From: an uncultured Chitinophaga sp.
Lineage (GTDB): Bacteria > Bacteroidota > Bacteroidia > UBA7662
Reading direction: 5' to 3'
DNA length: 64,000 bases
Assembly: GCA_964577055.1 (NCBI GenBank)
Contig: CAZNWC010000005.1
Coordinates: 50,924 to 114,923, forward strand
Shown: piece by piece, positions 1-8,191 of the stretch
How the letters are laid out: each line of letters opens with the position of its first letter
How positions within the stretch are numbered: position 1 is the first letter of the stretch
The notes under the pieces: generated by a model
The model's input: only the letters and a program-made list of their open reading frames with translations
Database searches by the model: none
Told to the model about the DNA's origin: nothing
Position numbers and translations under genes: made by a program

Positions 1-216
1 CAATCTAGCATTGAAATTTTACCCATTTTTCCTGTACTGGATGTTTATGCTGCCGAAAAGGCACGACTGAAGATCAAAGGAAGCATCATTGATGATTTTG
101 ACCTGCTTATTGGCGCAACGGCTATTTTTCACAACATGGTGTTGGTGACCAAGAATATCAGTGATTTTGATCGCTTGAGCGGTATAGTCATTGAAGACTG
201 GACCGTGTCTTTGTAG
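1..216 (+). CDS. PIN-domain toxin (VapC family), C-terminal part; 5' end lies outside the window
   Basis: Frame +1 is open from base 1 to TAG at 214-216. It has no Met, so it is absent from the ORF track: ...LDVYAAEKARLKIKGSIIDDFDLLIGATAIFHNMVLVTKNISDFDRLSGIVIEDWTVSL*. The DDFDLLIGATA ... LVTxNxxDF pattern is the conserved C-terminal half of VapC/PIN toxins. Confidence 0.7.
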   Translation, partial: QSSIEILPIFPVLDVYAAEKARLKIKGSIIDDFDLLIGATAIFHNMVLVTKNISDFDRLSGIVIEDWTVSL

Positions 217-250
217 AAGCTCCAAGTAAGCCGATCAACGAAACGCTGCT

Positions 251-360
251 GTTTAAACCCGTCGGCTCAAGCCAGCTCGCCCTTCAACGCCTTGCCATAC
301 GTGTCGAGCGCCCGCTGCCGTGCCAGTTTGTGGTCAACCATGGGGCGGTAGTTCAAGCTT
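251..360 (-). pseudogene. Displaced relic copy of the photolyase 3' end (last ~29 codons plus stop)
   Basis: 110-nt direct repeat of 532-641, with 7 mismatches by manual alignment. The minus strand translates to LNYRPMVDHKLARQRALDTYGKALKGELA*, against ...LNYRPMVDHKMARQRALDTYGKALKGELA* at the real gene end. There is no upstream ORF continuity. Confidence 0.65.
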
Positions 361-531
361 TCATCTCTGCGAGCTCCGGCCAATTTGCGAAGCAAACTTG
401 GCCAAAAGCCTCCGATCTCTCGCGGTCAGCGTGCAGCCTTTTTCTGCACCAGAAATGGTTTTTCATAGCTACCAAGCATTAGAACTGAACTAAAGCTCTT
501 CTGGAGGCAACTGGTTCTCTGCGCCTCAGCG

Positions 532-641
532 GTTTAAACCCGTCGGCTCAAGCCAGCTCCCCCTTCAACGCTTTTCCATACGTATCGAGCGCCCGCTGCC
601 GTGCCATTTTGTGGTCAACCATGGGCCGGTAGTTCAAACTT
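532..641. repeat. Partner copy of the 110-nt direct repeat (functional 3' end of the photolyase gene)
   Basis: Aligned by eye to 251-360: gtttaaacccgtcggctcaagccagctc... through ...ggtagttcaa. About 94 percent identity. Confidence 0.8.
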
Positions 642-1864
642 TGAAACTCAGGTACCCACTGCCGGATGTAGCTGCCTTTGGGATCGAATTTTTTGGTTTG
701 CTCCTCGGGATTAAACACGCGGAAGTACGGCGCTGCATCGCAACCCGATCCAGCAGCCCACTGCCAGCCGCCATTGTTGGCAGCCAAATCAAAGTCGAGT
801 AGCTTGCGGGCAAAGTAAGCTTCGCCCCAACGCCAATCAATGAGCAAATGTTTCGTAAGGAAACTGGCTACAATCATCCGTACCCGGTTGTGCATAAAAC
901 CGGTGGCATTGAGTTCGCGCATGCCGGCATCTACAATGGGATAACCGGTTTGTCCGGCACACCACTTTTGGAACTCGGCTTCGTTGTTCCGCCAAGGGAT
1001 GTTGTCGTAAGCGGGTTTGAAAGAGCCAGAGGCCGCATGTGGAAAATGCCACAAAATCATGTGGTAAAAGTCGCGCCAGATAAGCTCGTTCAAAAAAGTT
1101 TCATTGAGTGCCTGTGCTCTCCTTGCCAAAGCGCGTATGCTGATGGTACCAAAACGCAGGTGCACGCCCAAACGCGAAGTGCCGCGTATGCCCGGAAAAT
1201 TGCGCTGCTCGTCGTACACCTTGATCAAGGCATCGCCTACTTCTTCCTGGGGAAAAGCGATTTTGCTGGGTTCAAAACCCATATCGGCCAAAGTAGGCAA
1301 GGGCAGGGGCTGGGTGGCGTAGAGGTTTTGGGGGGTAAAGGCGGCCCCACTGTTGCGTGCCTCCAAATCAGCCGGCTGCAAACGGACTTTCCATTTGCGG
1401 CTGTAAGGCGTGAATACGGTGTAAGGCTTGCCGTCGTCTTTGAGCACTTCTTTGGCCTCAAGCAGCACTTGGTCTTTGAAATGCTGAAAAGCTACCCCTT
1501 TGCTTTCGAAAAGCTTGTTGAGGGCTCCATCGCGCTGACGGGCGTATGGTTCGTAATCACGGTTGGTGTAAACGGCCGAAATGGGGTAGTCGTTCAACAG
1601 CTGGGGCCACAGTTCCAGTGGATCGCCGTGGAGCACCAACATACTTCCACCTAAACTTTCAAATGCTTGTTTCAACCTGCTCACATGCAGGTGAATAAAA
1701 CTCACACGGGCATCGTCGCGGTCTTCGATTTTGTGGAGGATGGTGCTGTCGAAAATGAACAATCCCAGCACCGGTTGTCCCGATTGTAGGGCCTGATGAA
1801 GGGCGGTATTGTCGTCAATCCGCAAATCGCGGCGGAACCAGTGGATGGCTAGAGGAGTAGACAT
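548..1864 (-). CDS. phrB: Deoxyribodipyrimidine photolyase (photolyase/cryptochrome family)
   Basis: N-terminal IHWFRRDLRIDDNTAL and C-terminal FAD-binding block GYPIVDAGMRELNATGFMHNRVRMIVASFLTKHLLIDWRWGEAYFARKLLDFDLAANNGGWQWAAGSGCDAAPYFRVFNP. The longest ORF starts at 1906. The Met at 1864 (MSTPLAIHWF...) fits the usual N-terminus better. Confidence 0.9.
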   Translation of the reverse strand: MSTPLAIHWFRRDLRIDDNTALHQALQSGQPVLGLFIFDSTILHKIEDRDDARVSFIHLHVSRLKQAFESLGGSMLVLHGDPLELWPQLLNDYPISAVYTNRDYEPYARQRDGALNKLFESKGVAFQHFKDQVLLEAKEVLKDDGKPYTVFTPYSRKWKVRLQPADLEARNSGAAFTPQNLYATQPLPLPTLADMGFEPSKIAFPQEEVGDALIKVYDEQRNFPGIRGTSRLGVHLRFGTISIRALARRAQALNETFLNELIWRDFYHMILWHFPHAASGSFKPAYDNIPWRNNEAEFQKWCAGQTGYPIVDAGMRELNATGFMHNRVRMIVASFLTKHLLIDWRWGEAYFARKLLDFDLAANNGGWQWAAGSGCDAAPYFRVFNPEEQTKKFDPKGSYIRQWVPEFQSLNYRPMVDHKMARQRALDTYGKALKGELA

Positions 1865-1944
1865 AAAGGCAAAACAATCGGATAGGGGCTGCGGTTTTGT
1901 TGGCAAAGGTAATTAAGCACAAAAGCAAAGCTATCTTTACCAAC

Positions 1945-3228
1945 ATGCCCGCAGCCTTACACTTGTCGCACTTTGAAGATGCTATGCCTACAGCGGTTTT
2001 ACAATCGGGCGAACGCCTTTGGAAAGCAGGCAAATACGAACGCAACCAACTTGACGCCGAAAGCTGGCTCGTGACTTTCAAACAAGGTCGTCGACAAATA
2101 CAGCTTCAATTGAGCTTGGCAGGAGAGAGGGTGGGTGCTTTCAGCTGCAGCTGCGACAAATCACCAGAACCCTGCGAACACCTGGCTACCCTGCTATTGC
2201 ACCTTACGCTGGGCGAAGCGCAGGAGCAAATACCAGTCAAAAAGTCGAAAACCAAAGCGGTTGATCCACTGCTTGAATTGATTCAACAAGCGCCCCGCGA
2301 AAAGCTTGAAGCCCTGCTGCTCGAAATGGGCAAGCAAGATACCGCCATGCGTACCCTCATGGCATTGCGGCTGGGGCATACTACAACCACCAAGGCCAGT
2401 TACTATGCCGATTTGCACGAGGCCGTAACCGCCAAGCTTCGCAGCACCAAAACGGCCAAACCTTTCAAAAACATGGCCGATGAATGGAAACAGCGCATAA
2501 GTATTTTATCGAAACAAAAAGATCCGGCAGCTGCCCAAAACATGATCGACATCTGCTTGGCTGTACAAAAGCTGCTCGTCAACCAGGTCGACAAACACCA
2601 CCACAGGCTTTTTCCCTTTTCAAGGGTGCTGAAGGCTGGTTACACCGCGCTTGAAAAGCGTACCGATTACCACATCGCTGATTTCGACCGCGAGAAGCAC
2701 GACTTCCTCCTGACCTTCCTCGATGCCTACCCGCAGCGCTACGTTATCAACGACGACTACCAGCAATTGCTCGAAATGAATTTGGGGCTCGATGGCTTTC
2801 CCCGCGCCTTGTACAACCGTTTCAACGAACGCTACAGCCGCCTAAACGACCGCACCTGGAGCCGTTTGCTGAGCAAACTCATTGCCTTGGAACCGGCCAA
2901 AACCGAATTTTTTGTTGCTAAATTTTTCCAGTGCTGCTACGAACGCAACTGGGCTTTCGCCAAACAATTGGCCTTGCTTTCCGATGCTGCGGTACGCCTC
3001 AAAGCCCTGCAAACCTACTTCCAATTGATGGAAAGCACATTTAAAAGAATAGATCGGAAGCCGGAGTATAGAGAGTTGAAAGAGAGGCTTTTGGGTTGGC
3101 GAAGCTACGCTTCTGTGGGTGCCTTTCGCGCTGTGGATGAAGCTGGACTTCTGTTGATGCGCATTCGCGCTGGGAACGCTTCGCTGAGGTTAGGGGTGTT
3201 TGGCGAAAATCGAAAAAAAAGAGAATAG
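1945..3228 (+). CDS. SWIM zinc-finger domain protein
   Basis: CxCx(n)CxH signature FSCSCDKSPEPCEHL near the N-terminus. The rest is helical with no other domain I recognise. The longest ORF starts at 1897; ATG at 1945 was chosen to avoid overlapping the divergent photolyase. Confidence 0.6.
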   Translation: MPAALHLSHFEDAMPTAVLQSGERLWKAGKYERNQLDAESWLVTFKQGRRQIQLQLSLAGERVGAFSCSCDKSPEPCEHLATLLLHLTLGEAQEQIPVKKSKTKAVDPLLELIQQAPREKLEALLLEMGKQDTAMRTLMALRLGHTTTTKASYYADLHEAVTAKLRSTKTAKPFKNMADEWKQRISILSKQKDPAAAQNMIDICLAVQKLLVNQVDKHHHRLFPFSRVLKAGYTALEKRTDYHIADFDREKHDFLLTFLDAYPQRYVINDDYQQLLEMNLGLDGFPRALYNRFNERYSRLNDRTWSRLLSKLIALEPAKTEFFVAKFFQCCYERNWAFAKQLALLSDAAVRLKALQTYFQLMESTFKRIDRKPEYRELKERLLGWRSYASVGAFRAVDEAGLLLMRIRAGNASLRLGVFGENRKKRE

Positions 3229-3300
3229 TGATCAAGACTAAGATTTGGCCTGAACATCTATTCTCTCAACGTCTATTATCTAGAACTCTAAGCGCTCGGC

Positions 3301-4011
3301 TCAGACTAGTTTTACCCCACTCATCCCGCCATCCACCGCAATCACCTGACCGGTAATCCAGCCAGCTTGATTAGACAAGAGGAAGGTGCTGAGCGAAGCC
3401 AAATCTTCGGGCTGACCCACACGGCCCAGCGGATGACGTTTGTTACCGGCTTCCAGCTTTTCGGGTGTTGCCAGCAAGCCTGCTGCCAAAGGGGTACTCG
3501 TGAGCGAAGGTGCCAGGCAGTTCACCCGTATTTGGTTGGCGGCAAATTCAGCAGCCAGCGACTTGGTTAGTCCTTCTACAGCACCTTTGGCGGCTGCAAT
3601 CGAAGCGTGGTAGGGCATGCCCACCCGGCTGGCTACCGTGCTGTAAAGCACAATGCTGGCGCCAGCAGCCTTTTTCAGGCGAGGCAATACCTCGCGAATC
3701 ACGCGGATGGCTCCCAACAGGTTCACCTGTAAGTCGTTTTGAAAATCGGCATCGGTGAAGCGGTTGAAGGGCTTCAGCAAAATGGTACCCGGACAATACA
3801 CCAAGCCATGTAAATCCTCGGGCAAATGTTGGGTAGGCACGGGGTTTTGACTGGCTGCATCCCACATTTCCCAGCTGATGCCGGGCCTATTGGGTTCGGT
3901 GCGACTGAGGCTGTACACCTGTGCACCGGCCACCAACAACTGGTCGGCAATGGCCGCACCAATCCCGCTACTGGCACCTACTACCAGCACGTTTTTTCCA
4001 GCGAAATCCAT
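3301..4011 (-). CDS. Short-chain dehydrogenase/reductase (SDR); possible sepiapterin/pteridine reductase by context
   Basis: N-terminal Rossmann motif KNVLVVGASSGIGAAIA and a YxxxK-type core (YHASIAAAKGAV). Its start overlaps the folE stop by 1 nt (TAATG). Confidence 0.8.
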   Translation of the reverse strand: MDFAGKNVLVVGASSGIGAAIADQLLVAGAQVYSLSRTEPNRPGISWEMWDAASQNPVPTQHLPEDLHGLVYCPGTILLKPFNRFTDADFQNDLQVNLLGAIRVIREVLPRLKKAAGASIVLYSTVASRVGMPYHASIAAAKGAVEGLTKSLAAEFAANQIRVNCLAPSLTSTPLAAGLLATPEKLEAGNKRHPLGRVGQPEDLASLSTFLLSNQAGWITGQVIAVDGGMSGVKLV

Positions 4012-4706
4012 TATTTACCGCTTAATTCAAGGTATTTCAAAAATTCGTTGCGGGTGGCTTCGTCCAAAAACTTGCCACTGTAATCGGCAGTTATGGTGCT
4101 GCTGCTGTGGTCTTCAACGCCACGCATGCTCACACACATGTGATGCGCATCAATCACAACGGCTACGTCGTCGGTTTGCAGTACGCGCTTGAGTTCGGCC
4201 GAAATTTGCTTGGTCAAACGCTCCTGCACTTGTGGACGCTTGGCGTAATACTCTACAATGCGGTTGATTTTGCTCAAACCAATCACATGCCCGCCGCTGA
4301 TGTAGGCCACATGCGCCTTGCCCACGATGGGTACAAAGTGGTGCTCACAATTGCTGTAAAGCGTGATGTCGCGCTCCACCAGCATTTGGTTGTATTTGTA
4401 TTTGTTTTCGAACAGGGCGATTTTGGGCTTGTTGGCTGGATCGAGACCGCTGAAAATTTCTTCCACATACATTTTGGCCACCCGGTGCGGGGTGCCTTTG
4501 AGGCTGTCGTCGGTGAGGTCGAGCCCCATGATGTTCATGATTTCGCGGAAATGCTTCTCAATGAGCTCAATTTTCAGCTCATTGTCAAGTGCAAACGCAT
4601 CTTCACGCAAAGGGGTATCGAGTGATGTGCCTACGTGCGCATCGCCCATTTCATCGGCTTCGGCCTTATTCACCGGCGTATTCGACATAATTCCGTTCAG
4701 TTTCAT
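4011..4706 (-). CDS. folE: GTP cyclohydrolase I
   Basis: Hallmark CEHHFVPIVGKAHVAYI zinc-site motif, GTPHRVAKMY, and SMRGV near the C-terminus. An alternative Met lies at 4688. Confidence 0.92.
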   Translation of the reverse strand: MKLNGIMSNTPVNKAEADEMGDAHVGTSLDTPLREDAFALDNELKIELIEKHFREIMNIMGLDLTDDSLKGTPHRVAKMYVEEIFSGLDPANKPKIALFENKYKYNQMLVERDITLYSNCEHHFVPIVGKAHVAYISGGHVIGLSKINRIVEYYAKRPQVQERLTKQISAELKRVLQTDDVAVVIDAHHMCVSMRGVEDHSSSTITADYSGKFLDEATRNEFLKYLELSGK

Positions 4707-5076
4707 ATAAAGTTACTTTTAATTCGAATGGGTTGTTGATTTTTGCACGCAACAGCTGCCAAATCACCACACAAATGTTCTCGGCAGTGGGGTTGAGCTC
4801 GCGAAACTCTTCCGTGTCGAGGTTCAGGTTTTTGTGGTCGAAACGCTCACACACCTCTTCGTCGATGAGGTCGGCAAGCACCTTCATGTCCATCACATAA
4901 CCTGTTTGCGGGTCGATGGGACCTGTTACATGCACAATGAGCTGGTAATTGTGTCCGTGAAAGTTGGCATTGTTGCACTTGCCAAAAACTTGCTGGTTGG
5001 TGGCGGCATCCCACTGGGGATTGTGCAGGCGGTGGGCCGCGTTAAAATGCGCTTTGCGCGATACAGTTACTTTCAT
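4666..5076 (-). CDS. 6-pyruvoyl-tetrahydropterin synthase, eukaryote-like PTPS-II type (COG0720)
   Basis: GKCNNANFHGHNYQL is the Cx5HGH motif of mammalian PTPS (GKCNNPNGHGHNY), not the Cx3HGH of QueD. The C-terminal KVTLYETERNYVEYAGE closely resembles the human PTPS C-terminus as I recall it. Confidence 0.8.
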   Translation of the reverse strand: MKVTVSRKAHFNAAHRLHNPQWDAATNQQVFGKCNNANFHGHNYQLIVHVTGPIDPQTGYVMDMKVLADLIDEEVCERFDHKNLNLDTEEFRELNPTAENICVVIWQLLRAKINNPFELKVTLYETERNYVEYAGE

Positions 5077-5313
5077 TGTGACTTATCAACAGCAGCTTTT
5101 TGGTTTTGTTCAACTTTTAGGTGTTAAAAGTTAAACAAAGTAGTGGACTGCCAGGTCGAATTAAATTAAGTTGCTGATAAATTGGGGTTTACACATCTAA
5201 CTATTTCGAAGGCACAAAAGTACAAAGATTTTGAAACCTGCCGTTCTGGAGTCTACTTAGGTAAATCGACACCCCCCACGTATCTTTACGCCCTTTAAAC
5301 ACAATCAACCAAC

Positions 5314-6547
5314 ATGGAGACCCGAAGAGGCAAAATCGTTTTTGGTGGGGCAGTACTCACCGAGCTGGCAAATGAATATGGAACACCTTTGTATGTGTAC
5401 GATGGTGACCAAATCAAACGCCAGTACAAACGCTTGTCATCGGCTTTCCAAGGCATTGAAACCCGCTTTTTGTATGCGTGCAAGGCCTTGAACAACATCA
5501 ACATCATGCGCTTGCTGCTGAAAGAAGCGGCCGGACTCGATGCCGTTTCCATCAATGAGGTAGAATTGGGCTTGCTGGCAGGTTTTCAACCGAACGACAT
5601 CCTCTTTACCCCCAACTGCGTTTCGATGCAGGAGTACGAGCGGGCGGTGGAGCTGGGCGTGCGCATCAACATCGACAACATCAGCATCCTCGAACAATTT
5701 GGCGATCGTTATGGCAATACCGTTCCGGTTTGTGTGCGCCTCAATCCGCACATCATGGCGGGCGGCAATGTGAACATTAGCACGGGTCACATCGACAGCA
5801 AATTCGGCATCAGCATCCACCAGCTGCGGCACTTAACGCGCGTGGTAAAGTCGCACAACATCAAAATCAATGGGCTGCACATGCACACCGGCTCAGACAT
5901 TCTCGATGCCGAGGTGTTTTTTACGCGGCGCTGAGCTGTTGTTCGAAGCCGCTGAGCATTTCCCCGATTTGGAGTACCTCGACTTTGGTTCGGGCTTCAA
6001 AGTGGCTTACAAAGAAGGCGACGTTACCACCGACATTGAAGCTTTGGGTGCAGCCATCAGCCAACGTTTTGCGCAATTTTGCAAGGATTACGGTCGCGAG
6101 CTTACCCTCATGTTTGAGCCAGGCAAGTTTTTGGTGAGCGAGGCGGGGGTGTTGCTGGTGAAAGTGAGCGTGGTGAAACAAACCACTGCCACGGTCTTTG
6201 CTGGCGTTGATTCAGGCCAAAACCACCTCATTCGTCCCATGTTTTACAACGCCCACCACGACATTGTAAACGTATCGAACCCCGAAGGCACGCCCCGCAT
6301 TTACACCATCGTGGGCAATATTTGTGAAACCGACACCTTTGGCTACGACCGCAAACTCAGCGAAGTACGTGAAGGCGATGTGTTGGCCATCAAAAACGCC
6401 GGGGCCTACGGTTTTACCATGAGCAACAACTACAACGCCCGTTTCCGTCCCGCCGAAGTGCTGCTGCTCGACGGCAAGCCGCACCTCATCCGCAAACGCG
6501 AAACGCTGGAGGACATTACAAGGAACCAGGTGATGGTGGAGTTGTAA
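5314..6547 (+). pseudogene. lysA: Diaminopimelate decarboxylase, split by a +1 frameshift in a T6 run
   Basis: ORF 5314-5934 (frame 1) carries the PLP-binding N-terminal half (YACKALNN..., HMHTGSDI). ORF 5870-6547 (frame 2) carries the C-terminal half (EYLDFGSGF..., GNICETDTF, AGAYGF). The frames join at tttttt 5917-5922. Removing one T gives ...DAEVFLRGAELLF... Confidence 0.85.
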
Positions 6548-6561
6548 ATCAACAACTTGTC

Positions 6562-7611
6562 CTACAGAAACTTCTGAATCGGCAAATTCAGCCACTCCAA
6601 AGCCGAGCCATGCAGCAGCCAGTCTTTTTGCTCGGCGCTAAAAGGCATGCTGTGGATGAGCTGGCCTGGCTCCAATTCGCCCAAGGGGAAGGGATAATCG
6701 GTGCCCAGAGCAACTCGATTGAAGCCCACCAACTCGGTGATGTATTGCAGCATGGCGGGGTCGTGTACCAACGAATCGAGCCAAAAGCGGCCCAAGTAGT
6801 CACGCGGGTTCACGGCATTGTCGATGGCCACCAAATCGGGGCGTACGTTAAAACCATGCTCAATGCGGCCTATGGTTGCCGGAAACGAGCCACCGCCGTG
6901 CGCAAAGGCCACCCGCAACTGGGGCAGGCGCTCGAACACCCCGCCAAAAATCATCGAACAAATGGCCAGCGACGATTCGGCGGGCATGCCTACCAACCAG
7001 GGTAGCCAATAACGCTGCATCTTGTCCTTGCCCATCATGTCCCACGGATGCACAAAAAGTGCTGCCCCCAAACGCTCGGCCGCCTCAAAGAAGGGGAAGA
7101 GCTCGGCCGCACTCAAATTCCAGTCGTTTACGTGTGAGCCAATTTCTATCCCTGCGAAACCAAGCTCCAACATGCATCTTTCCATTTCCTGAATGGCCAG
7201 CTGCGGGTCTTGCAAGGGCACGGTACCCAGCCCCACAAAACGCTTCGGATTTTTGGCTACGGTTTCGGCCAGGTGGTCGTTGAGGTAACGCGAGGTTTCG
7301 AGCGCATCTTGGCCTTTGGCCCAATAGTGAAACAGCACCGGAATGGTCGACAACACCTGCACGTGCACCCCATGTTGGTCGCAGTCGTTCAGGCGGGCGT
7401 CGGCCTCCCAGCAGTTTTCTTCCACCTTGCGAAAAAACTTATCGCCTTGCATCATGCTGGCACAGCGTGGACAGCTGTCGGCATGGTGTTCCAAGTGAAC
7501 AAAGGTGCCATACCCAAACTTCTCGGCCCAGCGGGGCAGGTGTTCGGGCATGAGGTGGGTGTGGATGTCGATGGTGAGTTTGGAGCTGCCGTAGGGCTGC
7601 AAAAAAGACAT
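6562..7611 (-). CDS. 2-amino-3-carboxymuconate-6-semialdehyde decarboxylase (ACMSD, amidohydrolase_2 family)
   Basis: IDIHTHLMPEHLP metal-binding start, HPWDMMG, and AFAHGGGSFP...LGTDYPFPLGE. This is the typical ACMSD pattern. Confidence 0.8.
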   Translation of the reverse strand: MSFLQPYGSSKLTIDIHTHLMPEHLPRWAEKFGYGTFVHLEHHADSCPRCASMMQGDKFFRKVEENCWEADARLNDCDQHGVHVQVLSTIPVLFHYWAKGQDALETSRYLNDHLAETVAKNPKRFVGLGTVPLQDPQLAIQEMERCMLELGFAGIEIGSHVNDWNLSAAELFPFFEAAERLGAALFVHPWDMMGKDKMQRYWLPWLVGMPAESSLAICSMIFGGVFERLPQLRVAFAHGGGSFPATIGRIEHGFNVRPDLVAIDNAVNPRDYLGRFWLDSLVHDPAMLQYITELVGFNRVALGTDYPFPLGELEPGQLIHSMPFSAEQKDWLLHGSALEWLNLPIQKFL

Positions 7612-7627
7612 GCTTGAGGATTATAGA

Positions 7628-8158
7628 TTAAACAAAACGGGGATCGGTTTCCATCACATGCCCGCAGTTTTTGCAGCTGCGGAGGTCTTCGCTACCGTAA
7701 AAATGGCGGAAACGCGGCTGGAAGTCGGTTTCAATGTTGCTGAGCTCAAAATAGGTTTCGTGCAGCTTGTGGTTGCACTTTTCGCAAAACCACAAGAGGC
7801 CGTCGTTGTAGCCCTTGCCCAAACGCACCCGCTCAATCACCAAACCAATCGAACCGGCCGAGCGGATGGGCGAATGGGGGGTTTTGGGTGGACATAAAAA
7901 CATATCGCCGGGTCCTAACTGAATGTCAACGGCCTTGCCTTCATCTTGAATGCGCACGGTAATCTCGCCCTCGAGCTGGTAAAACAACTCCTCGGTTTCG
8001 TTGTAGTGGTAGTCTTTGCGGGCATTCGGACCGCCTACAATCATCACAATGTAGTCGGTACCTTCAGGATACAAATTTTTATTGTTCACCGGCGGCTTCA
8101 GCAGGTGCCGGTTTTCATCGATCCACTTTTGCAGGTTGAAGGGTGCGCGTATGGCCAT
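7628..8158 (-). CDS. 3-hydroxyanthranilate 3,4-dioxygenase
   Basis: Cupin core IVMIVGGPNARKDYHYNETEELFYQLEGEI...FLCPPKTPHSP, plus a C-terminal rubredoxin-like CEKCNH...CKNCGH site as in bacterial HAO. Confidence 0.85.
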   Translation of the reverse strand: MAIRAPFNLQKWIDENRHLLKPPVNNKNLYPEGTDYIVMIVGGPNARKDYHYNETEELFYQLEGEITVRIQDEGKAVDIQLGPGDMFLCPPKTPHSPIRSAGSIGLVIERVRLGKGYNDGLLWFCEKCNHKLHETYFELSNIETDFQPRFRHFYGSEDLRSCKNCGHVMETDPRFV

Positions 8159-8191
8159 GGCAGTGTGTTTACAAGCTAAAAGTAAGGGAAT

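Noticed and set aside
848-1654. 268-aa plus-strand ORF
   Set aside because: It lies entirely antisense to the well-supported photolyase CDS. The translation has no recognisable motif and has a shadow-ORF composition.
5077-5313. Possible riboswitch in the 237-nt divergent region between the PTPS gene and lysA (lysine L-box toward lysA, preQ1 toward the pterin operon)
   Set aside because: I could not find the conserved L-box or preQ1 core sequences by eye. Only a 7-bp hairpin (aactttt...aaaagtt on the minus strand near 5110-5135) is visible. A covariance-model scan (Rfam) would be needed to exclude one.
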